A model generated the notes under the pieces. It had not been told where the DNA came from, did no database searches, and worked only from the letters and a program-made list of their open reading frames with translations. 64,000 bases of DNA from the NCBI GenBank assembly GCA_938010045.1, contig CALLFZ010000003.1, positions 105,961-169,960 on the forward strand. Reading direction: 5' to 3'. Shown here piece after piece: positions 20,749 through 30,530 of the stretch. The position numbers were made by a program, and so were the translations under genes. Numbering within the stretch: position 1 is the stretch's first letter; the number at the start of each line of letters is the position of its first letter. Origin of the DNA: an uncultured bacterium (GTDB lineage: Bacteria > Verrucomicrobiota > Kiritimatiellia > PWTM01).

Positions 20749-22086
20749 ATGCTCTGGGCGCTGTATCAGGTCTTGTTGGCCATCGGATTCGTCGCGCTGG
20801 CGCCGGGCCACCTTGTGCGGATGATCCGGCGGGGCGGCTGGCGGGTCGGGTTTGGCGAGCGATTTGCCCGCTATGACCCGAACGTACAGCGGGAATTAAC
20901 AGCGTCGCCGGGGCGCGTGTGGATGCATGCGGTGAGCGTCGGTGAAATGCACGTGGTGCTGAACGTGATGGCGGAATGGCGCCGACGGGAACCGGAACGG
21001 CGGTTTGTGATTTCGACGACGACGCCGACGGGTCGCGCGGTCGGAACGCGTCGGATGGCCGAAGGGGACTCGATCGTGTACAGCCCGCTCGATTTCCCGC
21101 TGGTGATCCGGCATGCGATGGACACAGCACGGCCGTCGGCGCTGGTTCTGTGCGAGTCGGAGTTGTGGCCAAACTGGATCCGCGCAGTGTCGTGGGCCGG
21201 CCGTCCGGTGGTCGTGATCAACGGGCGCCTATCGGACCGTTCGTTTCCGCGGTATCGGCGATGGGCGCGTCCGATGACGCGTCAGGTGTTGCCGATGTTG
21301 CGGCTGGTCTGCGCCCAGAGCGAAGAGGATCGGCGGCGGTTCGTGGAGCTGGGAATGCCGCCCGATCGCGTCCAGGTGGTGGGCAGCGCGAAATATGATG
21401 CCGCGCCGCCGGAGTTCGCTGCCGCTGAGGCGATTCGGCGTGATCTGGCGGCCGCCGGATTTCCCGGGGACGCGGTGTGGCTGGTCGGCGGTTCGACGTG
21501 GCCGGGGGAGGAAACGGCGCTGGTGCGGACATATCTGGCGTGTCGCACGCGTGAGCCGCGCTTGCGGTTGGCGCTTGTGCCGCGCCACGCTGAGCGGGGA
21601 ACGGCACTGGCCGCCCAGATCGGTCGCATGGGGGTTCGGCTGTATCGGCGCAGCACGGCTGCGGGTGGCGGAAACGATCCCCACGTGGCGCTGTTCGATA
21701 CCACGGGCGAGCTGAGCGCGGTGTACGGCCTGGCGGACATCGTGTTCGTCGGGAAGAGCCTCACGGCGCGGGGCGGCCAGAACCCGATCGAACCGGCGCT
21801 CTGGGGGCGCCCCATCTTGTGCGGACCGCACATGGAGAACTTCCGTGCCGTTGTGCAGGATTTCCGCGAGCGGGACGCGATCCGCGTCGTCGCTGACGCC
21901 GCGGAATTGACCCGTGCGGTGGACGAATGGCTCGCGGATTCGTCGGCGCGCGAAGCGGCGGGATGGCGCGCGCTGCAGGTCACGCGCGAGAAGGCGGGCG
22001 CCATCCGCCGCACGGTGGATGCGCTGCAGCGCATCGTCGCCGAGCCGCGCGCGATCGTATCTGAGGCCCCGGCATCCCCGACATGA
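20749..22086 (+). CDS. waaA: Kdo transferase
   Basis: VWMHAVSVGE, TTTPTG, ESELWPN, NGRLS, VPRHAER, GGQNPIEPA. Confidence 0.92.
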   Translation: MLWALYQVLLAIGFVALAPGHLVRMIRRGGWRVGFGERFARYDPNVQRELTASPGRVWMHAVSVGEMHVVLNVMAEWRRREPERRFVISTTTPTGRAVGTRRMAEGDSIVYSPLDFPLVIRHAMDTARPSALVLCESELWPNWIRAVSWAGRPVVVINGRLSDRSFPRYRRWARPMTRQVLPMLRLVCAQSEEDRRRFVELGMPPDRVQVVGSAKYDAAPPEFAAAEAIRRDLAAAGFPGDAVWLVGGSTWPGEETALVRTYLACRTREPRLRLALVPRHAERGTALAAQIGRMGVRLYRRSTAAGGGNDPHVALFDTTGELSAVYGLADIVFVGKSLTARGGQNPIEPALWGRPILCGPHMENFRAVVQDFRERDAIRVVADAAELTRAVDEWLADSSAREAAGWRALQVTREKAGAIRRTVDALQRIVAEPRAIVSEAPASPT

Positions 22087-23786
22087 AGCGGGACCTGCGA
22101 CGGTTGGCGGATGAGTCGTTCGACGTGCTGATCGTCGGCGGCGGCGTGTACGGGTTGGCGACGGCCTGGGCGTGTGCGCTGCGGGGGCTGCGCACGGCTC
22201 TCGTCGAACGAGGCGATTTCGGTGCCGCTACGTCGGCGGGCTCACTCAAGCTTGTGCACGGCGGGCTCCGCTATCTTCAGCACTTGGATATGGTGCGCAT
22301 GCGGCTATCCATCCGCGAACGCCGGCACATGTTCCGCATCGCGCCGCACCTCGTGCATCCACTCGCGTTTCTGGTTCCCTGCTACGGCCATGCGATTCGC
22401 GGTCCCGAAGCGATGCGCGTGGCACTGGCGCTGAACGACCTGATCTCGGCGGACCGCAACCGCGGGATTGGTGATCCGGCGCGCTGGATTCCGCGGGGCC
22501 GCCTCCTCCGCCCGGACGAATGCCGTCGGCGTCTGCCCGGGCTTCGCGACGACGGACTGACCGGCGCGGCGCTCTTCTGGGACGGTCAGATGTACGATTC
22601 CGAGCGGCTGACACTGGCGTTTGCACTCTCCGCGGCGCGCGAGGGGGCGGCGCTCGCGAACTACGCAGAGGCGGTCGGCTTCGATCGCGGGCCCGATGGC
22701 ACCATTCGCGCGGCGCGGGTGCGCGATGTGCGCAGTGGCGCTGAGTTCGCGGCGGGCGCGCGCCTCTTCATCAACATGACCGGGCCCTGGTCGGACATCA
22801 CGCTCGCCCGACTGCACGGAGCAAAGAGCCGCCGCGAGGTGCGCCGGTCGAAGGGGATCCAGTTGATCGTTCGGCGGTTGCCGTGCGAGACCGCGTTCGG
22901 CGTAGAAAGTCTTCGCGAGCGGGACAAGACCGCGAAGATTCCGCGCGGCCGCCGCAGTTACTTCGCGACGCCGTGGCGGAATGTAACGATCATTGGCACG
23001 ACCGACACGCTCTTTGTGGGCAACCCCGACGAGTATGGCGTGACCGAGGCGGACATTCAGGAGTTTTTGGCCGCCTTCAACGAGGCGTATCCGGGCGCGG
23101 GTCTGACGCGCGCAGAGGTGAAGTTCTGGTGTGGTGGGCTGCGACCGCTTGGCGATGTGGATGCGGATCCGGACCACGTTCAGGCCGCGAAGCGGCCGGA
23201 GGTGGTGGACCATGGCCGCGTGGGCGGTCCGGCGAACCTCCTGACGGTGGTCGGTGTGAAGTACACGGTCGTGCGCGCGCTGGCGGAGCGGGCAGCGCGC
23301 TGGGCGGCCGTGCGGTTGGGCCGCGACCCGGCAGGGGAGCCGACGAGCGGCCGGGTTCTCGCGGGCGGGGAGATCAGCGGACCCGTCGACGAGTTTGTTC
23401 GGCAGTTGTCGAGCGCGCACGGGTGGGCGCCCGCACTGGCGGAGCGGATCGGCCGAATGTATGGAACAGCGGCGGTGGCGCTCGCGGAGCTGGCGCGTCA
23501 GGAGCCGGCGCTTTCGGGCGAGCTTCCCGGCGCGCCGGGCGTGCTGAAGGCCGAAATTGCCTACGCGTGCCGGGAGGAAGCCGCGCAGACGCTCGCCGAC
23601 ATCGTGTTTCGTCGCACCGGCCTTGGCTCGGCCGGCCATCCGGGCGCGGAGGCGCTACGGGCGTGCGCGTACATCGCCGCCGCGGAACTGGGTTGGGACG
23701 AACCGCGCATGAAGGCGGAGCTGGACGCCGTCGAGCAGGCGTATCGTCCTGCGGCCGGCTCGGGTAGCGGAGGTGGACATCGATGA
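22083..23786 (+). CDS. FAD-dependent glycerol-3-phosphate dehydrogenase/oxidase family
   Basis: IVGGGVYG, KLVHGGLRYL, IGTTDT, GLRPL; ATGA overlap. Confidence 0.85.
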   Translation: MKRDLRRLADESFDVLIVGGGVYGLATAWACALRGLRTALVERGDFGAATSAGSLKLVHGGLRYLQHLDMVRMRLSIRERRHMFRIAPHLVHPLAFLVPCYGHAIRGPEAMRVALALNDLISADRNRGIGDPARWIPRGRLLRPDECRRRLPGLRDDGLTGAALFWDGQMYDSERLTLAFALSAAREGAALANYAEAVGFDRGPDGTIRAARVRDVRSGAEFAAGARLFINMTGPWSDITLARLHGAKSRREVRRSKGIQLIVRRLPCETAFGVESLRERDKTAKIPRGRRSYFATPWRNVTIIGTTDTLFVGNPDEYGVTEADIQEFLAAFNEAYPGAGLTRAEVKFWCGGLRPLGDVDADPDHVQAAKRPEVVDHGRVGGPANLLTVVGVKYTVVRALAERAARWAAVRLGRDPAGEPTSGRVLAGGEISGPVDEFVRQLSSAHGWAPALAERIGRMYGTAAVALAELARQEPALSGELPGAPGVLKAEIAYACREEAAQTLADIVFRRTGLGSAGHPGAEALRACAYIAAAELGWDEPRMKAELDAVEQAYRPAAGSGSGGGHR

Positions 23787-24670
23787 AGATGGCGGTCACC
23801 GGTAGCCATGGTCTGATCGGTTCGGCGCTCTGCAGGGCCCTTGTGCGCGAGGGCATCGAGCCAGTGCGCATGGTGCGGGGCCGCGCCGGCGCGGGCGAGG
23901 TGCAGTGGAATCCGGACGGTCCCTGCGATCTACAGGAGCTGGCGGGCTTCGACGCGGTGGTTCACTTGGCGGGGGAAAACATCGCGGCGGGCCGCTGGAC
24001 GGCGGCGCGAAAGGCGCGATTGCGTTCAAGCCGCGTGGACACCACCCGTCATCTCGCTGAGTCGCTGGCGCGGGTCAAGCCGCCGCCGCAGGCGCTCGTG
24101 TGTGCCTCGGCGATCGGCTGGTACGACACGGATCCGCAGGCGACGTATGACGAATCGGCTCCGTCGGCAGAGACCTTCCTCGGGCGGCTAGTGCGTGACT
24201 GGGAAGCGGCCGCCTCGCCGGCGGCAGAAGTGGGCATCCGGGTCGTGCACGTGCGGTTCGGCGCTGTGCTCTCGCCGGCCGGCGGAGCGCTCGCGCGGAT
24301 GTTGCCCCTGTTTCGGCTGGGACTGGGTGGACCGATTGGCTCAGGGCGGCAATGGATGAGCTGGCTGTCCATTGAGGACGCCGTGGGTGCGATCCGGTTC
24401 GCGATCGGGCGCTCTGACCTTCGCGGGCCGGTGAACGGCACGGCTCCGCAGCCGGTCACGCAGCGCGAATTTGCCTCCACGCTGGGCCGTGTGTTGCGCC
24501 GTCCCGCGGTCCTCCCCACGCCGGGCTGGGTGTTGAGGCTGGTGTTGGGCGAGATGGCTGACGCCGTGCTGCTGAGGGGCTCGAAGGTGCTGCCGAGGCG
24601 GCTGATCGAGTCGGGATTTCCATTCCGACATCCGTCGCTGGAGCTCGCCCTTCGCGCGCTGCTAACATGA
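23783..24670 (+). CDS. TIGR01777 (YfcH-like) NAD-dependent epimerase family
   Basis: VTGSHGLIG, HLAGENIA.GRW, SAIGWY, GSGRQWMSW. Confidence 0.9.
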   Translation: MKMAVTGSHGLIGSALCRALVREGIEPVRMVRGRAGAGEVQWNPDGPCDLQELAGFDAVVHLAGENIAAGRWTAARKARLRSSRVDTTRHLAESLARVKPPPQALVCASAIGWYDTDPQATYDESAPSAETFLGRLVRDWEAAASPAAEVGIRVVHVRFGAVLSPAGGALARMLPLFRLGLGGPIGSGRQWMSWLSIEDAVGAIRFAIGRSDLRGPVNGTAPQPVTQREFASTLGRVLRRPAVLPTPGWVLRLVLGEMADAVLLRGSKVLPRRLIESGFPFRHPSLELALRALLT

Positions 24671-25371
24671 CGTCCTCCGGTGAGCGCCTCCCGGTTCGGC
24701 GCCATCGCCGCGCGAGATGCGAGCGATGCACACTGCACCGCGAGCTCTGCGTATGCGATCAACTGCCGCGCGTCCACACGCCGTTCGAATGGATTCTCGT
24801 TCAACACGCATCGGACCGGCAGCGGCCGACCAACACGGGGCGGTTGGTGGCCGCGATGCTGGGGGGCGTCAAAACGATCGTGTATGCCGACCGCACCGTC
24901 GCGTTCGACGCGACCCCCTTGGACCGGCCGGATCGCGATTACCGCCTGCTGTTCCCTGCCCCGGACGCCGAGGAGCTGACCCCTGCGATGGTGCGGGCCG
25001 CGAAGGCGGCGACGCTGACGCTGGTTCTGCTCGACGGCACGTGGCGTCAGGCGTCGCGCATGCGCCGACGGATGCCTCGCTTGAGGACCATGGAGTGTGT
25101 TCGACTGCCCGCCGCGGCGCCGTCGAGCTGGGCGATCCGGCGGGCCAACCACCCGGAGCGGCTGTGCACGATCGAGGCAGTGATTCGTGTGCTTGCGTTG
25201 AGCGGCCAAGAGGATGAGGCGCGCCGCATGTGGGAGACCATGAAATGGATCGAAGGGCGGCTGTTGTACATGCGCGGCCGTCGGCCCGCGCCGCCTTCGC
25301 TGGAGGAAATTCGCGCTGAACTTGCCGGCGTACCACCCCCGTGGCGGGAGCTGCTTGATGCGCAACGTTGA
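24667..25371 (+). CDS. DTW-domain tRNA-uridine aminocarboxypropyltransferase (TapT/TuaA-like)
   Basis: N-terminal CxxC...CxC, TNTG, LLFP, LDGTW, LCTIEA. Confidence 0.88.
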   Translation: MTSSGERLPVRRHRRARCERCTLHRELCVCDQLPRVHTPFEWILVQHASDRQRPTNTGRLVAAMLGGVKTIVYADRTVAFDATPLDRPDRDYRLLFPAPDAEELTPAMVRAAKAATLTLVLLDGTWRQASRMRRRMPRLRTMECVRLPAAAPSSWAIRRANHPERLCTIEAVIRVLALSGQEDEARRMWETMKWIEGRLLYMRGRRPAPPSLEEIRAELAGVPPPWRELLDAQR

Positions 25372-25385
25372 CGAGATCGCGGATG

Positions 25386-25459
25386 TACCCCGGGCGCGGA
25401 TCGAACGCGCGACCTGCGGTTTAGGAAACCGCCGCTCTGTCCAACTGAGCTACCGGGGT
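25386..25459 (-). tRNA. tRNA-Arg(CCT); CCA not encoded
   Basis: Cloverleaf ACCCCGG/CCGGGGT, GCTC D-stem, GCGGT-TTCCTAA-ACCGC, TTCGATC T-loop. Confidence 0.96.
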
Positions 25460-25538
25460 GTCGCCCAGGCGAGCATACGCAGTTTGTAGACGGGAGGCGA
25501 GCGGTCCGGCCTCGCTGGCCCCTAGCCGGAACGCGGCG

Positions 25539-25724
25539 TCAGCCCTCCCGTAGCAGGAGAATCGTCACGATCGCTGCGCCGGCCAGCAACGCCATCAGCC
25601 AGACCAGCATTCGGCCCGACAAGCGGTCCGCGTCCACGGAGGACGGCCGATGAAGCCCAGGCCGCCGGCGGTAGATACTCGCGGACGGTCTTCCGCCCGT
25701 CTCATAAAAGTTTTTGTCCGACAT
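25539..25724 (-). CDS. Small protein (61 aa) with a C-terminal transmembrane helix
   Basis: GAGGAGG upstream of the ATG; hydrophobic MLVWLMALLAGAAIVTILLL; lies between two co-oriented tRNAs. Confidence 0.55.
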   Translation of the reverse strand: MSDKNFYETGGRPSASIYRRRPGLHRPSSVDADRLSGRMLVWLMALLAGAAIVTILLLREG

Positions 25725-25805
25725 CTTCCGCTTGGGGTCCTCCTCGTTCGACGCGAGGCCACGGTTTCCACTCTCTCGCGCGCCCGTCTCCCCCCTGCAC
25801 CGCGG

Positions 25806-25878
25806 AGCCAGCTGTCGGGGTCGAACCGACGACCTGCTGATTACAAATCAGCTGCTCTGCCGACTGAGCTAAGCTGGC
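25806..25878 (-). tRNA. tRNA-Thr(TGT); CCA not encoded
   Basis: Cloverleaf GCCAGCT/AGCTGGC, GCTGA-TTTGTAA-TCAGC, TTCGACC T-loop. Confidence 0.96.
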
Positions 25879-26030
25879 GAGGTTCACATGTATAAATCGC
25901 CGCACATCGGCCGAAATGCAAGCGCAAACACGCCAAGAACTGGAGGCGGATCTCCGAGCCGCTTGCCAATGCGGGGGGCGATCAGCCAGACTGGCGGGCG
26001 GACGTTGGGCGGCGTGCCGTTCGCGCGAAG

Positions 26031-27008
26031 ATGAGCGACGAGATATATATCCGCCGAGGTTCGCCGGGACCACGGCCCCGTTCGTTTTGGGCCGTGGGAG
26101 GGGTGGTGCTCGTGGGCGTCGTGGCCGGCCTGGGCATCTGGTGGGTCCGGCATCGGCACCCGGCCGCAGAAGCGTCGCCGCCGGAGTCCATAGGGCCGAA
26201 CACGAACAGGCCCTCCGTGGTTGTGACGTCTGCCCCCGCCACCGTGGCCGTGGCTCCGCCCCCGTCGGCGGCTCCGGTCGGGCCTCTGCCGGCCGCCGGT
26301 AGGGATCCTGCTGTTGACGCGGTGCAGGCGGCGCGGGCCCTGGTGCAGGCTCGGCAGTTCGCGGTAGCGCGCGAGCGCGCGTTCCAAGCCTTGGAGACGG
26401 CGCGCGACCCGGCCGTCCGGCGCGCCGCGGAGGAGGTCTTGGGCGAGATTCACATCGCCCTGGTGTTGTCGCCGGCGCCGATGCCGGAGAAAACGGACTA
26501 TGTGATCCAGCCGGGCGATCGTCTGTCGGCGATTGCGCGGCGGTTCGGCTGCACGGTTGAACTCTTGATGAAGGGCAACGGGCTGAAGAGCGAGGTCATC
26601 CGCCCCGGCGACCGCCTTCGGGTGCTCACCGGCCGTTTTTCGGTTGAAGTGGACAAATCGGACAACGAGTTGGTTCTTCGTCTGAACGATCGCTTCTTCA
26701 AGCGCTACCGGGTCGGCACCGGCGAATATGACAAGACGCCGACGGGGGAGTTCACGATCACCGAGCGGATCGCCCAGCCGACGTGGTGGCGGCCGGACGG
26801 GCGCGCGGTGCCCTACGGCAGCAAGGAGAACGTTCTCGGAACGCACTGGCTTTCGCTGAATGTGCCAGGGTATGGCATTCACGGCACTTGGGAGCCGGAG
26901 ACGATCGGTCGCTCGGTGAGCGCCGGCTGCATACGGCTGTTGAACGAGGACATCGAGGAACTCTTCACGCTGCTGCCGGCCGGCACGCCGGTGGCGATTC
27001 GCGACTGA
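26031..27008 (+). CDS. Membrane-anchored LysM L,D-transpeptidase (YkuD family)
   Basis: TM helix; Lys[14 protein letters not shown]; TPTGEF; GYGIHGT...SAGCIRL catalytic motif. Confidence 0.9.
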   Translation: MSDEIYIRRGSPGPRPRSFWAVGGVVLVGVVAGLGIWWVRHRHPAAEASPPESIGPNTNRPSVVVTSAPATVAVAPPPSAAPVGPLPAAGRDPAVDAVQAARALVQARQFAVARERAFQALETARDPAVRRAAEEVLGEIHIALVLSPAPMPEKTDYVIQPGDRLSAIARRFGCTVELLMKGNGLKSEVIRPGDRLRVLTGRFSVEVDKSDNELVLRLNDRFFKRYRVGTGEYDKTPTGEFTITERIAQPTWWRPDGRAVPYGSKENVLGTHWLSLNVPGYGIHGTWEPETIGRSVSAGCIRLLNEDIEELFTLLPAGTPVAIRD

Positions 27009-27017
27009 CCCGCGGAG

Positions 27018-28040
27018 GTGGCCGTGCCGTCCACGTACGTGTTGCCGTTCGAGAAGCCGATCGCCGAGCTTGAGCAGAAGCTGCGCGAGCTGCACCGGTT
27101 CAGCGAGGAGCAGGACATTGACGTTTCAGGCGAGATCCGGCGCATCGAGGAGAAAATCCGCGAGCTGCGCCGCAAGATCTATTCTGAGCTGACGCCCTGG
27201 CAGCAGGTGCAGGTGGCGCGGCATCCGCAGCGGCCGTACACGCGCGACTACATCGGCGCGATGATGCGGGAGTTCGTCGAACTGCACGGCGACCGCCGTT
27301 TCGGCGACGACGCGGCGATGGTCGGGGGCTTCGCGACGATCGGGTCGCACCGCGTGATGGTGATCGGCACGCAGAAAGGGCGGGACACCAAGAGCAATGT
27401 GCGCTGCCATTTCGGTTGCGCGCTACCGGAGGGGTACCGGAAGGCGCTGCGGCTCATGCGCCTGGCCGCGCGGTTCGGCCGGCCGATCGTCACGCTGATC
27501 GACACGCCGGGCGCGTATCCGGGGATCGAGTCGGAGGAGCGGCACATTGCCGAAGCCATCGCCGTGAACCTCCGGGAGATGTTCACATTGCCCGTGCCGA
27601 TCGTTGTGGCGGTGATCGGCGAGGGCGGCAGCGGTGGCGCGCTGGGTATCGGCGTGGGCGACCGCATTCTGATTCTTGAACACGCCTATTACTCGGTGAT
27701 CTCGCCCGAGGGATGCGCGGCGATCCTCTGGAAGGACCGCGCCTACGCCGACCGCGCCGCCGCGGTGTTGAAGCTCACCGCGGCGGATTTGCGACGGTTC
27801 GGGCTCGTGGATGAGGTCGTGCCGGAGCCGGAGGGCGGGGCGCACGCGGCGCCGGCGATGGCGGCGACGCTCTTGGCGGCGGCGATCACGCGCGCGCTCG
27901 ACGACCTTGTGCGCGTGCCTTCGGCCGAACTGCTCGATGCGCGCTATCGGAAATTCCGTCAGATGGGAATCTGGATCGAGGGGGCGGCGGACGCCGTGCC
28001 ACCGGGCCCACGCGACGCGGATCCGGCGGCCGGCGCTTGA
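27018..28040 (+). CDS. accA: Acetyl-CoA carboxylase carboxyltransferase alpha subunit
   Basis: LPFEKPI, ARHPQRP, ELHGDR, IDTPGAYPG, GEGGSGGALG, YSVISPEGCAAILW. Confidence 0.96.
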   Translation: MAVPSTYVLPFEKPIAELEQKLRELHRFSEEQDIDVSGEIRRIEEKIRELRRKIYSELTPWQQVQVARHPQRPYTRDYIGAMMREFVELHGDRRFGDDAAMVGGFATIGSHRVMVIGTQKGRDTKSNVRCHFGCALPEGYRKALRLMRLAARFGRPIVTLIDTPGAYPGIESEERHIAEAIAVNLREMFTLPVPIVVAVIGEGGSGGALGIGVGDRILILEHAYYSVISPEGCAAILWKDRAYADRAAAVLKLTAADLRRFGLVDEVVPEPEGGAHAAPAMAATLLAAAITRALDDLVRVPSAELLDARYRKFRQMGIWIEGAADAVPPGPRDADPAAGA

Positions 28041-28055
28041 CGCGAGCGCCCCGCG

Positions 28056-28754
28056 TTATTCGAGAATGCTCATCGCCTGCTCCGCCGCGCGGCAGCGGCG
28101 GACCTGCGCCTCATATTCTGCGACGACGTTCGATGTAAGGTTTGAGAGGCGAGCCAGGCGCAGGGCCTCCTCCGCAGCGCGGCGTGCACTGGCATATTGG
28201 CCCGAAACGTAGTAGGCCGACGCCAGTGTGCTCCAGACGCGGTAGTCCGAGGGGGAGATCACGAGCGCGCGGCGGGCATACTCGACGGCGCGGCGGCCGT
28301 CGCGAAAGCGAATGTCCCGCGCCGTCGCGTGCAGCCAGGCCAGGTTGTTGATCGCGAAATAGTCACCCGGTTCGAGCTCGATCGAGCGCGCCAGCACGTT
28401 CGTCGCTTCGCCGTATTGCTCGGTGGCGATCAGTGACGTACCCAACCCGAAGAGCGCACGGCGGTTCTCCGGATCGACCTCCAGCGCCTCGCGGAAGTAG
28501 GCGATCGCGCGGTCGTGGTTGCCGATGCGGGCGTGGAAGAAACCTTCCTCCGCGATGGTGTTCGCGCGGCGCTCGGCCTCGGTCTGTGGCGCCCTAGAAA
28601 ATGGGGTGGTCACGGCCAGTATGGTGTTGGTGGTGGTGTCCGGAGCGGGTGGATCGGCCGCCGGCGCACGCGGCGTCAGTGCAAGAACCGCCGCCGCGAT
28701 CACCCGCCATGCCGGTGGGCGGCCGCGAATCGTGCGCTGAACGTTCGGTCTCAT
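28056..28754 (-). CDS. Exported tetratricopeptide repeat protein
   Basis: Signal-like N-terminus; TPR patterns (AIAYFREALEVDP, NNLAWLHAT, TLASAYY); overlaps cdaR by 4 nt. Confidence 0.85.
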   Translation of the reverse strand: MRPNVQRTIRGRPPAWRVIAAAVLALTPRAPAADPPAPDTTTNTILAVTTPFSRAPQTEAERRANTIAEEGFFHARIGNHDRAIAYFREALEVDPENRRALFGLGTSLIATEQYGEATNVLARSIELEPGDYFAINNLAWLHATARDIRFRDGRRAVEYARRALVISPSDYRVWSTLASAYYVSGQYASARRAAEEALRLARLSNLTSNVVAEYEAQVRRCRAAEQAMSILE

Positions 28755-29710
28755 GGTTTCACCCCTACCTGCGCGGACGGTGGATCGAGGCTCACCACCC
28801 GTACGCCCGCGGGCGGCAATACGAGAATGCGAGTTTCCATGGTCCGGCCCATCGGCGACAGCACTGGCTCCACAAACGCACGGAGGTCGCCCGCGTCCAT
28901 TCGCTCCAGTAGGCCGGCCGGCCCCTGTAAGGTAACGCGAACTGTGGGTGGCTGCACCTCGACGCGGCAGCCGCGCCCGGGCGGGAGCAGCGCGAGAATG
29001 GGAACCGCGTCGAACGTCCGCTGCGCCGCGTGCTCGACCATGACGACTTCAACGGTGACGCGCTCGGGCTCGAGCCGCGCCGAGGGGACGCCCGGCGGCG
29101 GCACGACGGACGCGCGGACCCGGAAGGACTGCATCCGCCCCTGCAGGTCCACCGGCGAGGTCCGGACCCACTCGATGTCCTCGAGGCGCGACAGTGGACC
29201 GCGCAACCGCACCGCGGCCGGGGTGCAGGTGACCGCGCCGATCTCGTAGCCGTCCGGCGGTGCGTCCTGAAACTCCGCCCGGACTGGCACGGTTCGCTCG
29301 CCTTCGCGGTCCACGCTGAACGCGATGCGGGCGGGTTCAATCCGAACCGGGCGTGCGCCGCCGGCCGAGCGCACGTGCAGCGGGCGGAGCTCCACCACCT
29401 GGCGGGCCTCCTCGGCGCGGCCAGCGGCGGACGCGGCCACCTCGATGCGCACGTTCTGACGCTCGAGCTGGGCAAGGTCCGACTGCGCTCCCCGGAACCA
29501 TACGTCCGCCTCCTCTGCCGACTGTTCCAGCACGGTCATGCCCTCGGCCGTGACAATGCGGATCGGCACGTCGCGCACGACCGTCTCGAAGCTGATCGCC
29601 TCGCGGATGGTGGTCCAGACGATCACCGCGAGCACGACCGACAGCACCGCACTCCATCGGCGCAGGCGCCGCTCACGCGCGTCGAGCGGGTTGATCGCGC
29701 TGTCACTCAT
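28751..29710 (-). CDS. cdaR: YbbR/CdaR diadenylate cyclase regulator
   Basis: N-terminal TM, three repeated beta domains (P..V.L.G), directly downstream of cdaA. Confidence 0.8.
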   Translation of the reverse strand: MSDSAINPLDARERRLRRWSAVLSVVLAVIVWTTIREAISFETVVRDVPIRIVTAEGMTVLEQSAEEADVWFRGAQSDLAQLERQNVRIEVAASAAGRAEEARQVVELRPLHVRSAGGARPVRIEPARIAFSVDREGERTVPVRAEFQDAPPDGYEIGAVTCTPAAVRLRGPLSRLEDIEWVRTSPVDLQGRMQSFRVRASVVPPPGVPSARLEPERVTVEVVMVEHAAQRTFDAVPILALLPPGRGCRVEVQPPTVRVTLQGPAGLLERMDAGDLRAFVEPVLSPMGRTMETRILVLPPAGVRVVSLDPPSAQVGVKP

Positions 29711-30530
29711 CGAGGTTTCCTGCCGCCGCCGGCGCGATCTGCTGGGCAGCGAAGGTGCGGCGCCGTCGAGAACGGAGCAGCACCGAGGTCAGCACGCGTC
29801 GCAGGCGCTCTTCGTCGAAGCCACGGCTGAGGCGTCCGTTCAGCGCCACCGAGATTACGCCGGTTTCCTCCGAGACGACGACGACGATCGCATCGGTCTC
29901 CTCCGTGAGCCCAAGCGCGGCACGGTGGCGCGTGCCGAGCGTGCGAACGGCCTCGCTCTGCTGCGAGAGCGGGAACACACAGCCCGCCGCGACGACGCGC
30001 TGGCCCCGGATGATCACGCCGCCGTCGTGCAGGGGTGTGTGCGGATGGAAGATCGTCGCGAGCAGCTCCGGCGTGACGCGCGCATCGAGCGGTTTGCCCG
30101 TCTCCTGCACCGCGCGGGTGCCGATCTGGCGTTCGATCGCGATCAGTGCGCCGATCTTCCGCTCGGAGAGCAGCATCACTGCCTGCACGACGGCCTCAAC
30201 GAGGCTGCGTTCGTCGGCGGTGATGCCGAACACGGGCGATTTGCCCACCTCCGCCAACGCGCGGCGGATCTCGGGCTGGAAGATGATCACCAGCGCCACG
30301 GCCAGGTATACTGAAAACCGCTGCAGGAGCCAGAAGAGCACTTCCATCCGTACGACCCGGGTCAACAAGGTGAGGAGTAAAACCACCACGACCAGGCCCG
30401 TCAGCACCTGTGCGCCGCGCGTGCCGCGGAAGAAACGGATCGTGTAGTAGAACGCAAAGGAGAGGACCGCGATTTCCAACAAGCCCGACACGCCCGGGCG
30501 CGGCCATCGCTCAAACCAGGTCCAGTCCAT
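29703..30530 (-). CDS. cdaA: Diadenylate cyclase CdaA
   Basis: Three N-terminal TM helices, IIFQPEIRRAL, PLHDGG, GTRHRAALG, VVSEETG. Confidence 0.93.
   Translation of the reverse strand: MDWTWFERWPRPGVSGLLEIAVLSFAFYYTIRFFRGTRGAQVLTGLVVVVLLLTLLTRVVRMEVLFWLLQRFSVYLAVALVIIFQPEIRRALAEVGKSPVFGITADERSLVEAVVQAVMLLSERKIGALIAIERQIGTRAVQETGKPLDARVTPELLATIFHPHTPLHDGGVIIRGQRVVAAGCVFPLSQQSEAVRTLGTRHRAALGLTEETDAIVVVVSEETGVISVALNGRLSRGFDEERLRRVLTSVLLRSRRRRTFAAQQIAPAAAGNLDE

Noticed and set aside
25386-25878. tRNAs as prophage or island attachment sites
   Set aside because: No integrase and no duplicated tRNA 3' end noticed in the window
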